Shown here: in pieces, positions 37,504 through 47,142 of the stretch
Layout: every line of letters begins with the position of its first letter
How positions within the stretch are numbered: the first letter of the stretch is position 1
Source: an uncultured Chloroflexia bacterium
GTDB lineage: Bacteria > Chloroflexota > Limnocylindria > Limnocylindrales > CSP1-4
Direction: 5' to 3'
DNA length: 64,000 bases
Assembly (NCBI GenBank): GCA_963755285.1
Contig: CAVWJB010000001.1
Location: 295,333 to 359,332, forward strand
The notes under the pieces: model-generated
The model's database searches: none
Told to the model about the DNA's origin: nothing
The model's input: only the letters and a program-made list of their open reading frames with translations
Position numbers and translations under genes: made by a program

Positions 37504-40500
37504 ATGCTTGGCTTCCTGAACCGCTTCGTCGACTCGAACGATCGCGAGCTCAAACGGATCGAGCCGGCGGTCGACGAGGCGAACGAGCTCGAGGCAGAGC
37601 TCGAGGCGCTGTCCGACGCCGAGATCCGCGCCCGCTTCGACGTGCTCCGGGCCGAGATCCGCGAGGTCGCGACTCCGGACGAGCCGTCCGACGACGAGCT
37701 CCATCACCCCGACCTCGAGCGGCGCCGGGAGCTGGCGGCGGCCCGCCGCAAGAAGGAGAACGAGCGCATCCAGGCCGCGCTCGACGAGGCGTTGCCCGAA
37801 GTGTTCGCGATGAGCCGCGAGGCGATGAAGCGGACGCTCGGGATGCGCCACTTCGACGTCCAGCTCATGGGCGGGGCGGTGCTCCACCAGGGCAAGATCG
37901 CCGAGATGAAGACCGGCGAGGGCAAGACCTTCGTGCCCACCCTGGCCGCGGTGCTCAACTCGATGACCGGCCGCGGCGTCCACATCGTCACCGTCAACGA
38001 CTACCTGGCCCGGCGCGACCCGCAGTGGATGGGCCCGGTCTTCCACTTCCTTGGGGTGAGCCTCGGGATGATCACCCACGATGCGTCGTTCGTGTTCGAG
38101 CCGGGCTACCCGACGAGCGACGAGCGGTTCATCAACCTCCGACCGGTCGAGCGGCAGGAGGCGTACGCCGCCGACGTGACGTACGGCACGAACAACGAGT
38201 TCGGCTTCGACTACCTCCGCGACAACATGGTCGTCGAGCTCGATCAGCGGGTCCAGCGCGGCCAGAGCTTCGCGATCGTCGACGAGGTCGACAACATCCT
38301 GATCGACGAAGCGAGGACGCCGCTGATCATCAGCGGCCAGGCCGAGGAGTCGGCCGACAAGTACTTCACGTTCGCCCGGCTCGTCCCGCGTCTCGTTCCC
38401 CGGCCCGAGGGCGCCGAGGAGGGCGGCGACTACTTCATCGACCTCAAGGACCGGGCGGTCAGCCCGACCGAGTCCGGCATCGACAAGATGGAGAAGTGGC
38501 TCGGCGTACCGCATCTCTACGACACCGACCCGACCCTCGCCCGTCACTTCGAGCAGGCGCTCCGGGCCCACGCGCTGTACAAGCGCGACCGCGACTACAT
38601 CGTCAAGGACGGCGAGATCATCATCGTCGACGAGTTCACCGGCCGCCAGATGCCCGGGCGGCGCTGGAGCGAGGGCCTCCACCAGGCGGTCGAAGCCAAG
38701 GAAGGGCTGCGCGTCCAGCGCGAGTCGGTGACCCTCGCGACGATCACGTTCCAGAACTACTTCCGGCTGTACGACAAGCTGGCCGGGATGACCGGTACGG
38801 CGATGACCGAGGCCGAGGAGTTCAGCAAGATCTACAAGCTCGAGGTCGTCGCGATCCCGACCCACCGGCCGATGATCCGGGACGACGATGCGGATCTCGT
38901 CTATCGCAACGAGACGGGCAAGTTCACCGCCCTGATCGAGGAGATCGTCGAGATGCAGGAGGCCGGCCGGCCGGTCCTCGTCGGCACGGTCTCCGTCGAG
39001 AAGTCCGAAGTCCTGTCGGAGATGCTCAAGCGGCGAGGGATCAAGCACGAGGTCCTGAACGCCAAGTTCCACGAGAAGGAGGCGCCGATCGTGGCCCAGG
39101 CCGGGCGGACCGGCGCGATCACGATCGCGACGAACATGGCCGGCCGCGGGACCGACATCCTGCTCGGGGGCAACCCGGCCGGGCTCGCCAGCGAGATCCT
39201 CCATCGGCGCGGGCTGAACCCGGCCGAGGTCGACAAGGCGACCTACGACGAGGCGCTCGCCGAGGCGAAGGCGATCTGCGACGAGGATCACGCCCGGGTC
39301 GTCGCGGCCGGCGGGCTGCACATCATCGGCACCGAGCGCCACGAGAGCCGCCGGATCGACAATCAGCTCCGCGGCCGGGCAGGCCGCCAGGGCGACCCGG
39401 GCTCGTCGCGCTTCTACCTGTCGCTCGACGACGACCTCATGAAGCGGTTCGCCTCCGACCGGGTCGCCGGCCTCATGGAGCGGATGGGTCTCGAGGACGA
39501 CGTCGCGATCGAGTCGCGTCTCGTCAGCAAGACGATCGAGAGCGCCCAGAGCCGGGTCGAGGGCTTCAACTTCGACATCCGCAAGCGGGTCGTCGAGTTC
39601 GACGACGTGATCAACAAGCAGCGCGAGACGATCTACGCCGAGCGCGACAAGGTCCTGCGCAACGAGGACCTCGGCGAGACGATCCTCGACCTGCTCGACC
39701 AGGAGGTCGACGCGCTGCTCGATCAGTTCGCCGGTGGCGAGACCGACGACGGCTGGAACTTCGAAGGCCTGTCGGCCGCCCTCCAGGCGATGGGCCTCGA
39801 CGGTCCGGGCACCTCCGAGGACGAGCTCTGGGAGATCGGCGGCCGGGAGGCCATCCGGGAGCACCTCCACACGCTCGTCGACCAGAAGCTCGAGGAGAAG
39901 GAGCAGGAGGTCGGCGAGACGGATTGGACGATGATCGAGCGGCTCGTCCTGCTCCGGACGATCGACTCGCTGTGGGTCGAGCACCTGACCGAGCTCGACG
40001 ACATGCGGCGCGGGATCGGCCTGCGCGGCTACGCCCAGCAGGATCCGCTCAACGAGTTCCGGCGCGAGGCATTCGCCCTGTACACCGAGCTTCGTGACCT
40101 CATCCGCCACCAGCTGGCCAGCACGATCTTCCGGGTGACGGTCACCCGCCAGCCGCCTCCGCCGAACCCGATGCCGATGCCCGACGCGGCGACGCTCGCG
40201 TCACTGTCCGACTCACCCGGTGACGGCGGCTCCGGCAACGGCGATGGGCGCGCTCGGGGTGCCGCCGCGGCCGGGGCGGGACCGGCCGCTGCCGGCGCCG
40301 CTGCCGGCACCCTGTCCGGTCCGGTCGCTCGCGGCCTGCCCAGCGGGCCGAACGTGCGTGGCGTTCGTGAATCGCTCGGCGACGAAGTCGTGGCCGGTGG
40401 CGCGGCCCCCGGGAGCTCGCCCGGCGCGCTCCGACCCGGCTTCACCCCGACCGGCGATCGGATCGGTCGCAACGACGTGTGCTTCTGCGGCTCCGGGCTG

Positions 40501-40527
40501 AAGTACAAGCGATGTCACGGCCGGTGA
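37504..40527 (+). CDS. secA: Preprotein translocase ATPase SecA
   Basis: 1007 aa. Motifs: MKTGEGKT (Walker A), DEVDNILIDEARTPLIISG and TNMAGRGTDI, plus the C-terminal zinc motif CFCGSGLKYKRCHG. A roughly 130-aa Gly/Ala/Pro-rich linker precedes the zinc motif. Confidence 0.97.
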   Translation: MLGFLNRFVDSNDRELKRIEPAVDEANELEAELEALSDAEIRARFDVLRAEIREVATPDEPSDDELHHPDLERRRELAAARRKKENERIQAALDEALPEVFAMSREAMKRTLGMRHFDVQLMGGAVLHQGKIAEMKTGEGKTFVPTLAAVLNSMTGRGVHIVTVNDYLARRDPQWMGPVFHFLGVSLGMITHDASFVFEPGYPTSDERFINLRPVERQEAYAADVTYGTNNEFGFDYLRDNMVVELDQRVQRGQSFAIVDEVDNILIDEARTPLIISGQAEESADKYFTFARLVPRLVPRPEGAEEGGDYFIDLKDRAVSPTESGIDKMEKWLGVPHLYDTDPTLARHFEQALRAHALYKRDRDYIVKDGEIIIVDEFTGRQMPGRRWSEGLHQAVEAKEGLRVQRESVTLATITFQNYFRLYDKLAGMTGTAMTEAEEFSKIYKLEVVAIPTHRPMIRDDDADLVYRNETGKFTALIEEIVEMQEAGRPVLVGTVSVEKSEVLSEMLKRRGIKHEVLNAKFHEKEAPIVAQAGRTGAITIATNMAGRGTDILLGGNPAGLASEILHRRGLNPAEVDKATYDEALAEAKAICDEDHARVVAAGGLHIIGTERHESRRIDNQLRGRAGRQGDPGSSRFYLSLDDDLMKRFASDRVAGLMERMGLEDDVAIESRLVSKTIESAQSRVEGFNFDIRKRVVEFDDVINKQRETIYAERDKVLRNEDLGETILDLLDQEVDALLDQFAGGETDDGWNFEGLSAALQAMGLDGPGTSEDELWEIGGREAIREHLHTLVDQKLEEKEQEVGETDWTMIERLVLLRTIDSLWVEHLTELDDMRRGIGLRGYAQQDPLNEFRREAFALYTELRDLIRHQLASTIFRVTVTRQPPPPNPMPMPDAATLASLSDSPGDGGSGNGDGRARGAAAAGAGPAAAGAAAGTLSGPVARGLPSGPNVRGVRESLGDEVVAGGAAPGSSPGALRPGFTPTGDRIGRNDVCFCGSGLKYKRCHGR

Positions 40528-40555
40528 TGGAGGGGTCGTTCGACTCTCGCCTCGG

Positions 40556-41176
40556 GTGATCCGCGATCTCGGTCGTCTCGTCGTCGCCGGACTCGCGATC
40601 GTCGCGATCGTCGTCGCCTATGGCTCGTTCCGGATCTGGGAGCACGGCGCCGACGACGAGACCCGGCCGGCCGGGGCGGTCGTCGTCCTCGGCGCCGCCC
40701 AGTACGACGGCCACCCGTCGCCGGTCTTCGCCGCGAGGCTCGATCACGCCGTCGCGCTGTTCCTGACCGGGAACTATCGCTACCTGGTCGTGACCGGCGG
40801 CAAGATCGACGGCGACAAGGCCACCGAGGCGGGGGTGGCCAGGGCCTATGCCCTCGCCCGTGGTGTGCCCGACGACCGGATCCTGGTCGAGGGCCGCGGC
40901 CGGACGACGCTCGAGTCGCTCCGTTCGGTCGGCGCGATCCTGGGCGAGAAGGGGATCACGGACGCGGTGTTCGTGTCGGACCCACCGCACATGCTGCGGG
41001 TCCTGAGGATGGCCACCGACCTCGGCCTGACCGCCTGGGGATCGCCCACCCCGACCAGCCCGATCGCGGCGGACCCGGCCCGCCTGGTCGGCGCCTACGG
41101 CCACGAGCTCGGTGCGCTCGCCCTCTATTTCACGTTCGGAGGCTCGCCCGCCGGGGAGCTCTCGGAGACCCGCTGA
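40556..41176 (+). CDS. YdcF/ElyC-like DUF218 protein
   Basis: 206 aa with a GTG start and an N-terminal TM helix. The DUF218 core is VVVLGAAQYDG.PSPVFAARLDHA...LVVTGG...TEA.... Confidence 0.75.
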   Translation: MIRDLGRLVVAGLAIVAIVVAYGSFRIWEHGADDETRPAGAVVVLGAAQYDGHPSPVFAARLDHAVALFLTGNYRYLVVTGGKIDGDKATEAGVARAYALARGVPDDRILVEGRGRTTLESLRSVGAILGEKGITDAVFVSDPPHMLRVLRMATDLGLTAWGSPTPTSPIAADPARLVGAYGHELGALALYFTFGGSPAGELSETR

Positions 41177-41204
41177 ATCGCGCTCGGTCGTCCGTTTCTC
41201 CCTC

Positions 41205-41233
41205 TTGGCGGGGTCGGCTTGTGCCGGTATACT
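41205..41233 (+). promoter_or_regulatory. Candidate sigma-70-type promoter upstream of the Cys-rich ORF and prfB
   Basis: TTGGCG (41205-41210), a 17-nt spacer, then TATACT (41228-41233). It lies about 100 nt upstream of the GTG at 41333. Confidence 0.4.
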
Positions 41234-41332
41234 GGGCCAAGTTCTTCGATCGGATCGGCCAGGAGGGTGGCCCCTTCCGAAGCTCACCCGCGACACCGCC
41301 CCGCCATTCCCCTGCCCACTAGAGAGGGAATC

Positions 41333-41560
41333 GTGAAGCAGGCCGAGGAAGCATCGTTCATCGATCTCATCGCCTGCGAGCGCGATTGTCGGACCTGCAG
41401 CTATGCCGCCGCCCTCGACTGCGACGGTAACTGCGGGATCTGCCCCCACAACGGCTACTGTCCCTGCGTGAACCCCGTCGTCGCCCGGAGCAAGACGGCC
41501 CTGCGGCTGATCGAGCTCCGCCCGATCCTCCTCCAGGAAGCCCAGGCGAGCCGCTCCTAG
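41333..41560 (+). CDS. Hypothetical 75-aa protein with 8 cysteines
   Basis: The GTG at 41333 follows GAGAGGGAA. The sequence is VKQAEEASFIDLIACERDCRTCSYAAALDCDGNCGICPHNGYCPCVNPV... with Cys spacing C-x3-C-x2-C-x7-C-x3-C-x2-C-x5-C-x-C. The TAG stop at 41558-41560 directly abuts the prfB GTG. The upstream part of track ORF 41219..41560 overlaps the predicted promoter. Confidence 0.5.
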   Translation: MKQAEEASFIDLIACERDCRTCSYAAALDCDGNCGICPHNGYCPCVNPVVARSKTALRLIELRPILLQEAQASRS

Positions 41561-42698
41561 GTGGACGCGACCGCCATCCGCGACCTGGCCGAACGGATCC
41601 GGTCGACCTCGGGGCGGCTTTGACCTCGACGGCAAGGACGCACGCGTCGCGCAGCTCGAGGCGCTGACCCAGGAGCCCGGCTTCTGGGACGACCAGGTCA
41701 CCGCCCAGAAGGTCCTCCGCGAGGCCGACGGCCTGCGGACCGATGTCGGACTGTGGCGCGACCTGCTGGCCCGGGCCGACGAGGGGCTGACCCTTCTCGA
41801 GCTCGTCGAAGAGTCGGGCGACCCCGAGCTCCAGGCCGAGCTCGACGCCAAGTCGGCGAGCCTCGATGCCGACCTCCGCCGGGCCCGGACCCAGCTCCTC
41901 TTCTCGGGGCCCTACGACGCCGGCTCGGCGATCCTGTCGATCAGCGCCGGCGCCGGCGGGACCGAGGCCACCGACTGGGCGGAGATGCTGCTGCGGATGT
42001 ACCTGCGCTGGGCGGCCAACCACCGCTACAGCACCGAGATCGTCGACCAGCAGGAGGGCGAGCAGGCCGGCATCAAGAGCGCGACGGTCGAGGTCGGCGG
42101 GCGCTTCGCCTACGGCTTCCTCCGCGCCGAGCGCGGCGTCCACCGGCTCGTCCGGATCAGCCCGTTCGATGCCCAGAACCGGCGCCAGACGACATTCGCC
42201 CTGGTCGAGGTCATGCCCGAGGCCGAGGACGACATCGAGATCGAGCTCGACTGGGACGAGATCCGGGTCGACACGTACCGCAGCCAGGGCGCCGGCGGCC
42301 AGCACGTCAACAAGACCGATTCGGCCGTCCGGCTGACCCACCTGCCGACGGGGATCGTCGCCCAGAGCCAGAACGAACGCTCGCAGACCCAGAACAAGGA
42401 GACGGCGATCAAGGTGCTCAAGTCCCGGCTGCTCGAGCGGGCGCTCGAGGAGAAGGAGGCCGAGCTCCGGGCGCTCAAGGGCGTCCACGTCGAGGCGGGC
42501 TGGGGCAACCAGATCCGGAGCTACGTCCTCCATCCCTACCAGATGGTCAAGGACCTCCGGACCGGCCACGAGACGAGCAACACCACGGCCGTCCTCGACG
42601 GAGACCTCGACCCATTCATGCTGGCCGAGCTGGAGCGGGTCGCGACCGAGGATCTGGGCGACGCCGGCGATCTCCCGGGCCTCGAGGTGCCGGGGTGA
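41561..42698 (+). CDS. prfB: Peptide chain release factor 2 (requires a programmed +1 frameshift)
   Basis: Frame 0 runs from 41561 to 41620 (VDATAIRDLAERIRSTSGRL) and ends at an in-frame TGA at 41621. The +1 frame continues DLDGKDARVAQLEALTQEPGFWDD... into ORF 41985..42698, which has SPF (RISPFD) and GGQ (SQGAGGQHVNKTDSAVR). Confidence 0.93.
41611..41624 (+). promoter_or_regulatory. prfB +1 programmed ribosomal frameshift site
   Basis: GGGGCGG CTT TGA C. This is the canonical CUU UGA C slippery/stop context, with a G-rich SD-like element 3 nt upstream. Confidence 0.85.
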
Positions 42699-43675
42699 GC
42701 GCCGCGCGCCGACCGCTGCCCGCGGCGCTCGTCGGGACCTCGTTCCGGCCGGCCCGCCAGGACGACCTCCCCGAGTGCGGGGCGATCTGGCGCGAGGCGC
42801 TCAACGACTACCTCGGGCGGCTCGGCCAGGAGGAGGTGCCCGACGAGCTCGGGCCACTCGCTCGGCTCCATGCCCACGCCCTCGCGACCGACCCCGACCG
42901 GTTCGTCGTCGCGACGGTCCCGTCGGCCGGCGGCAACCGGATCGTCGGGTTCGGCTCGGCGGTCGAGCGCGGCTCGATCTGGTTCCTGTCGATGCTGTTC
43001 ATCCGACCCGAGGCGCAGGGCCAGGGGCTCGGACGGGCGCTGCTCGAGTGGCTGCTCCCGGGGCCGGACCATCACGGCCAGCTGGCGACGGCGGTCGACA
43101 GCCTCCAGCCGATCTCGACCGCCCTCTACGCGCAGTACGGGATCACCCCGCGGATGCCCGTCCTCGACCTGCGCGGCGAGATCCTCCGGCCGGAGGCGTT
43201 CCCGGCGCTGCCGGCCGGGGTCGTGTCCGTGCCGTTCGAGACGATCGCCTCGGGGCCGCCCGGCGGTTCCGGCCACCGCGAGCTGGCCGAGACCGTCAAT
43301 GCCCTCGACCGGGAGCTGCTCGGCGCCGAGCATCCGGACGATCACCGCTTCCTGCGGGCCGAGAGCCGGCAGGGCTTCCTGTACCGCGGTCCGGACGGCA
43401 CCTCCCTCGGCTACGGCTATGCGGGCGAGATCGGCCGGATCGGCCCGATCGCGATCCGAGACGGCACGCTCCTCGAGGCGGTGATCGGGCATCTCGCGGC
43501 GGCGGTGCCGGCGCGCGGTGCGCGGGCCGTGTGGGCGCTCGGGGCGGCGCCCCGGCTCGTGCCGACGCTCCTGGCCGCGGGCCTTCGGATCGATGGCTTC
43601 CCGCTCATGCTGTGCTGGGATCGGCCGTTCGCGGACTTCGCGCGGTACCTGCCGATCTCGCCCGGCCTGCTCTGA
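42695..43675 (+). CDS. GNAT family N-acetyltransferase (two-domain)
   Basis: The GTG at 42695 overlaps the prfB stop (GTGA). The acetyl-CoA motif is FIRPEAQGQGLGRALLEW. Confidence 0.72.
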   Translation: MSAARRPLPAALVGTSFRPARQDDLPECGAIWREALNDYLGRLGQEEVPDELGPLARLHAHALATDPDRFVVATVPSAGGNRIVGFGSAVERGSIWFLSMLFIRPEAQGQGLGRALLEWLLPGPDHHGQLATAVDSLQPISTALYAQYGITPRMPVLDLRGEILRPEAFPALPAGVVSVPFETIASGPPGGSGHRELAETVNALDRELLGAEHPDDHRFLRAESRQGFLYRGPDGTSLGYGYAGEIGRIGPIAIRDGTLLEAVIGHLAAAVPARGARAVWALGAAPRLVPTLLAAGLRIDGFPLMLCWDRPFADFARYLPISPGLL

Positions 43676-43812
43676 CGCCACGCGCCGGCCGGCTCGGCCC
43701 GCGCGTGGTAGCCTCGGCCTGACGTGGCTCCCTCGTTCGTGCCTGCGGTCGGAGCCGAGATGCTGGCGACCGGTGCTCGGCACCGGTCCGGATCGCCGCC
43801 TCGGAGCAGATC

Positions 43813-44589
43813 GTGACCCTGGCCCCACTTCGAGCCGCCGCCCGCTCGCACCGGTCCCGGCCGGTCGGCCTCGCCCCGACCGAGACGCCGGTCGACGGCG
43901 CGGTCGTGGTGCTCCACGACGTCACGAAGACCTATCCGAACGGCAATGTCGCCTTGCGCGAGGTGGACCTGGTCGTGCCCGAGGGCGACTTCGTCTTCCT
44001 GGTGGGACCGTCCGGCGCCGGCAAGTCGACCCTGATCCGGCTGCTGATCCGCGACGAGCTCGCGACCCACGGCGTCGTGATCCTCGACGGCCAGGACCTG
44101 GCCCGGCTCGGACGCCGCCAGGTCCCGCGGATCCGGCGGAAGATCGGGATCATCTTCCAGGACTTCAAGCTCCTGCCGACGAAGACCGTCTGGGAGAACG
44201 TCGCGTTCGCGCTCGAGGTGACCGGCACCCCGCGGCGCGAGATCGCCCCGGCCGTCGACCGGGTGCTGGCGCTCGTCGGCCTGTCCGCCCAGGCACGCCA
44301 GCTGCCGAGCACGCTGTCCGGGGGCGAGCAGCAACGGACGGCGATCGCCCGCGCGCTCGTCCACGACCCGCGCCTCATCATCGCCGACGAGCCGACCGGG
44401 AACCTCGACCCGCTGATCAGCTGGGAGATCCTCCAGCTCCTCCTCCGGATCAACGAGCTCGGCGTGACGGTCCTCATGGCCACCCACAACGCCGAGATCG
44501 TCACCGCGCTGCGCAAGCGGGTCGTGGCCCTCGAGGAGGGCCGGATCATCCGCGACGAGGAGGCCGCTGCCTACCACCGTGAGGACTAG
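43813..44589 (+). CDS. ftsE: Cell division ATP-binding protein FtsE
   Basis: Walker A GPSGAGKST, ABC signature LSGGEQQR and Walker B LIIADEPT. It has a roughly 30-aa N-terminal extension and a GTG start. Confidence 0.92.
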   Translation: MTLAPLRAAARSHRSRPVGLAPTETPVDGAVVVLHDVTKTYPNGNVALREVDLVVPEGDFVFLVGPSGAGKSTLIRLLIRDELATHGVVILDGQDLARLGRRQVPRIRRKIGIIFQDFKLLPTKTVWENVAFALEVTGTPRREIAPAVDRVLALVGLSAQARQLPSTLSGGEQQRTAIARALVHDPRLIIADEPTGNLDPLISWEILQLLLRINELGVTVLMATHNAEIVTALRKRVVALEEGRIIRDEEAAAYHRED

Positions 44590-44595
44590 CCGGCC

Positions 44596-45480
44596 GTGAT
44601 CTCGTTCGTCGCGTTCAGCCTGAGACGGGCCTGGCAGGGCTTCTGGCGGAACGCCGTGATGAGCCTGGCGGCCACCGCCACGATGGTCTTCATGCTCGTC
44701 CTGCTGGCTGGGTTCTTCGTCGTCCTGACCGGGCTCAACGCCGGGCTCGAGTTCGTCGAGGACAAGGTCCAGATCGTGGCCGACGTGCGCGCCACGGCGA
44801 CCACCCCGGCGATCGAGGACCTCGTCGCGCGGACGGCGGCCCTCCCGGAGGTGGCCAGCATCGAGTACGTCAATTCGGGCGAGGCGCTCCGGCGGTTCCA
44901 GGAGCGCCTCCGCCAGCAGGGCCGCGAGGACCTCACCCAGTTCCTCGACAGCAACCCCCTGCCGGGCTCGATCGAGGTCAAGCTCAAGGATCCCAAGGTC
45001 TTCGGCAACGTCGTCGAGTTCCTGCGGGCGGATCCCTCGGTCGAACGGGTGAAGGAGGTCCAGAGCCTGATCGACCGGGTGCTGACGGTGACCAATCTCC
45101 TCCGGACGGGCGGGCTGATCGTGCTCGTGCTGGTCGGCGTCGTCGTCCTGTTCATCATCGTGAACACGATCCGGCTGGCGGTGGTCGCTCGCTCCGAGGA
45201 GATCGAGATCATGCGCCTGGTCGGCGCCTCGGACGCGTTCATCCGCTGGCCGTTCATCTTCGAAGGGGCGCTGGTCGGTCTGATCGGCGCCCTGATCACG
45301 CTCGGCCTGCTCGCCCTGGGCGCCGATCCGCTGGGACACGTCATGACCGGGTTCTTCGAGGTCCTGCCGCTCCAGCTCGGGTCGCTCGGGCGGGACCTGA
45401 CCGTGATCGTCCTCGTGACCGGGATCGGCCTCGGCGTGCTCGGCTCGTGGGTGTCCGTGCGGAGCTACCTCCTGAAGTAG
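44596..45480 (+). CDS. ftsX: Cell division permease-like protein FtsX
   Basis: 294 aa with four TM helices, a large first extracytoplasmic loop and the conserved motif EIEIMRLVGASDAFIRWPF. Confidence 0.88.
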   Translation: MISFVAFSLRRAWQGFWRNAVMSLAATATMVFMLVLLAGFFVVLTGLNAGLEFVEDKVQIVADVRATATTPAIEDLVARTAALPEVASIEYVNSGEALRRFQERLRQQGREDLTQFLDSNPLPGSIEVKLKDPKVFGNVVEFLRADPSVERVKEVQSLIDRVLTVTNLLRTGGLIVLVLVGVVVLFIIVNTIRLAVVARSEEIEIMRLVGASDAFIRWPFIFEGALVGLIGALITLGLLALGADPLGHVMTGFFEVLPLQLGSLGRDLTVIVLVTGIGLGVLGSWVSVRSYLLK

Positions 45481-45713
45481 CCCCCGCGGCCGATCCGGCC
45501 CGCTCGTCGTACGCTGTGCGGCCCGACCCACGCCTCGACACCGTCAGGACCGACCGATGACCGAACCGCTCCCCGAACCCACGCCCGGAAACCGACCCGG
45601 CGCCCGGGACCGCTCCAGCCACCCCGCCCGAAACCGCGCCAGCCGGCACGACCGACGCCATTCCCGGTCCAGAGCTCGGACGCCACCGCGGCGCTCACTC
45701 GGCCGGGCGATCC

Positions 45714-46965
45714 GTGACCGTGCCGATTGCCCTCGCGGTCGTCGCCCTGCTCGCCGGAAGCGCCCTGTTCCTGTCGGGCTTCGCCCTCGGCTCGCTCAAG
45801 GCCACGACGCCCGGCACCCCGGTCGACGAGGCCGCCGCCTTCCAGCCGTTCTGGGACGCCTATCGATCGGTGACCCAGGACTACGCGGGTGGGCCGGTCG
45901 ATCGCAAGAAGCTCATCGACGGCGCGATCCGCGGCATGATCGCCGCGCTCGACGATCCGTTCTCCGCCTATCTCAGCCCGGACGAGTACCGCCAGTCGCT
46001 CCAGGGTCTGTCCGGCCGGTTCGAGGGGATCGGGGCCACCGTCGAGTCTCGCCGGCTGACCGGTGAGGGCGCCTGCCCGACGCTCGGCAACGGCTGCGGC
46101 CTGATCGTGGTCGAGCCGATCGCCGGCGCGCCGGCCGAGAAGGCCGGGGTCCGGGCCGGCGACCGGATCACGGCCGTCGACGGGACGACGGTCGACGGTC
46201 TGACCTCGGACCAGGCCCTCGCGAAGGTCCGCGGGGCGAAAGGCACGACCGTGGTCCTGACCCTCGTCCGCGCCGACGCCGCGCCATTCGACCTCGCGAT
46301 CGTGCGCGACGTCATCGTCCGACCCGAGGTCAGCGCCAGGTCCCTGGCCGATGGAGACTGTCGGCTACATCCGCCTGAACGGGTTCAGTGACCAGGCCGC
46401 CACGGACTTTCGGGCCGCGCTCTCGGCGGACGTGGCCGCGGGACGGAAGAAGCTGATCGTCGACCTGCGCGGCAACCCCGGTGGGTTCGTGACCGACGCC
46501 CAGCAGGTCATCAGCCAGTTCGTCCCGGCCGGAACGGCGATCTTCTCGCAGGAGGATGCCGGCGGGACGCGCACCCCGACGACAGCGCTGGCCGGCGGTC
46601 TGGCGACCGATCCCGCGATCGAGGTCGTCGTGCTGATCGACGGCGGGAGCGCCTCGGCCAGCGAGATCGTCGCCGGGGCGCTCCAGGACCTCGGCCGGGC
46701 GAAGCTGGTCGGGGTCCAGTCGTACGGCAAGGGCACGATCCAGGTCTGGCAGCAGCTCGCCGACGACAACGGGGGATATCGGCTGACGATCGCCAAATGG
46801 CTCACCCCGAACGGCCGCTGGATCCACCGGGTGGGCCTGACCCCGGACGAGAAGGTCGACCCAACGGCGACGGCCGCGGCCGGCTCGGATCCGTTCATCG
46901 ATCGGGCGCTCGAGGTCCTCGGCGCCCAGGCCGCAGGCCGGACGGGTCTCCTGCGGGCGGCCTGA
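45714..46965 (+). CDS. ctpA: S41 family carboxy-terminal processing peptidase, with an apparent frameshift
   Basis: ORF 45714..46391 carries the TM helix, the PDZ region and GIGATV. It continues in ORF 46351..46965, which has TVGYIRLNGFS, DLRGNPGG, GSASASEI (catalytic Ser) and SYGKGT (catalytic Lys). The frame junction is at about 46345-46355. Confidence 0.85.
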
Positions 46966-47021
46966 TCGACCAGCCCTTGCGCTCGACGGCCCGTTCGATT
47001 ACGGTTTGCCGCGAACGAAAG

Positions 47022-47142
47022 GAGGTGATGTGCAGTGATCGACAGTAAGAGCTGCACCACCTCGCAGGAGATGGCCGTCTAAGCGGACAACCCTGCGGGT
47101 GGTTGAAGCTTTCGAACGCCGGTCCGAGAGGGCCGGCGTTCG
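47022..47142 (+). other. Cluster of strong stem-loops with an SD-preceded mini-ORF (candidate small RNA or leader)
   Basis: Hairpin 1 is GAGGTG(AT)GTGCAG, a 16-nt loop, then CTGCACCACCTC (47022-47063); it sequesters AAGGAGGTGA. The mini-ORF GTG 47035..TAA 47082 encodes MIDSKSCTTSQEMAV. Hairpin 2 is CGAACGCCGG...CCGGCGTTCG (47113-47142). Confidence 0.35.

Noticed and set aside
37489-40110. 873-aa minus-strand ORF, plus the 690-aa plus-strand ORF 38025..40097
   Set aside because: These are the antisense and an out-of-frame reading of secA, which is intact and motif-rich in its own frame.
43417-45531. 704-aa minus-strand ORF
   Set aside because: It is antisense to ftsE and ftsX.
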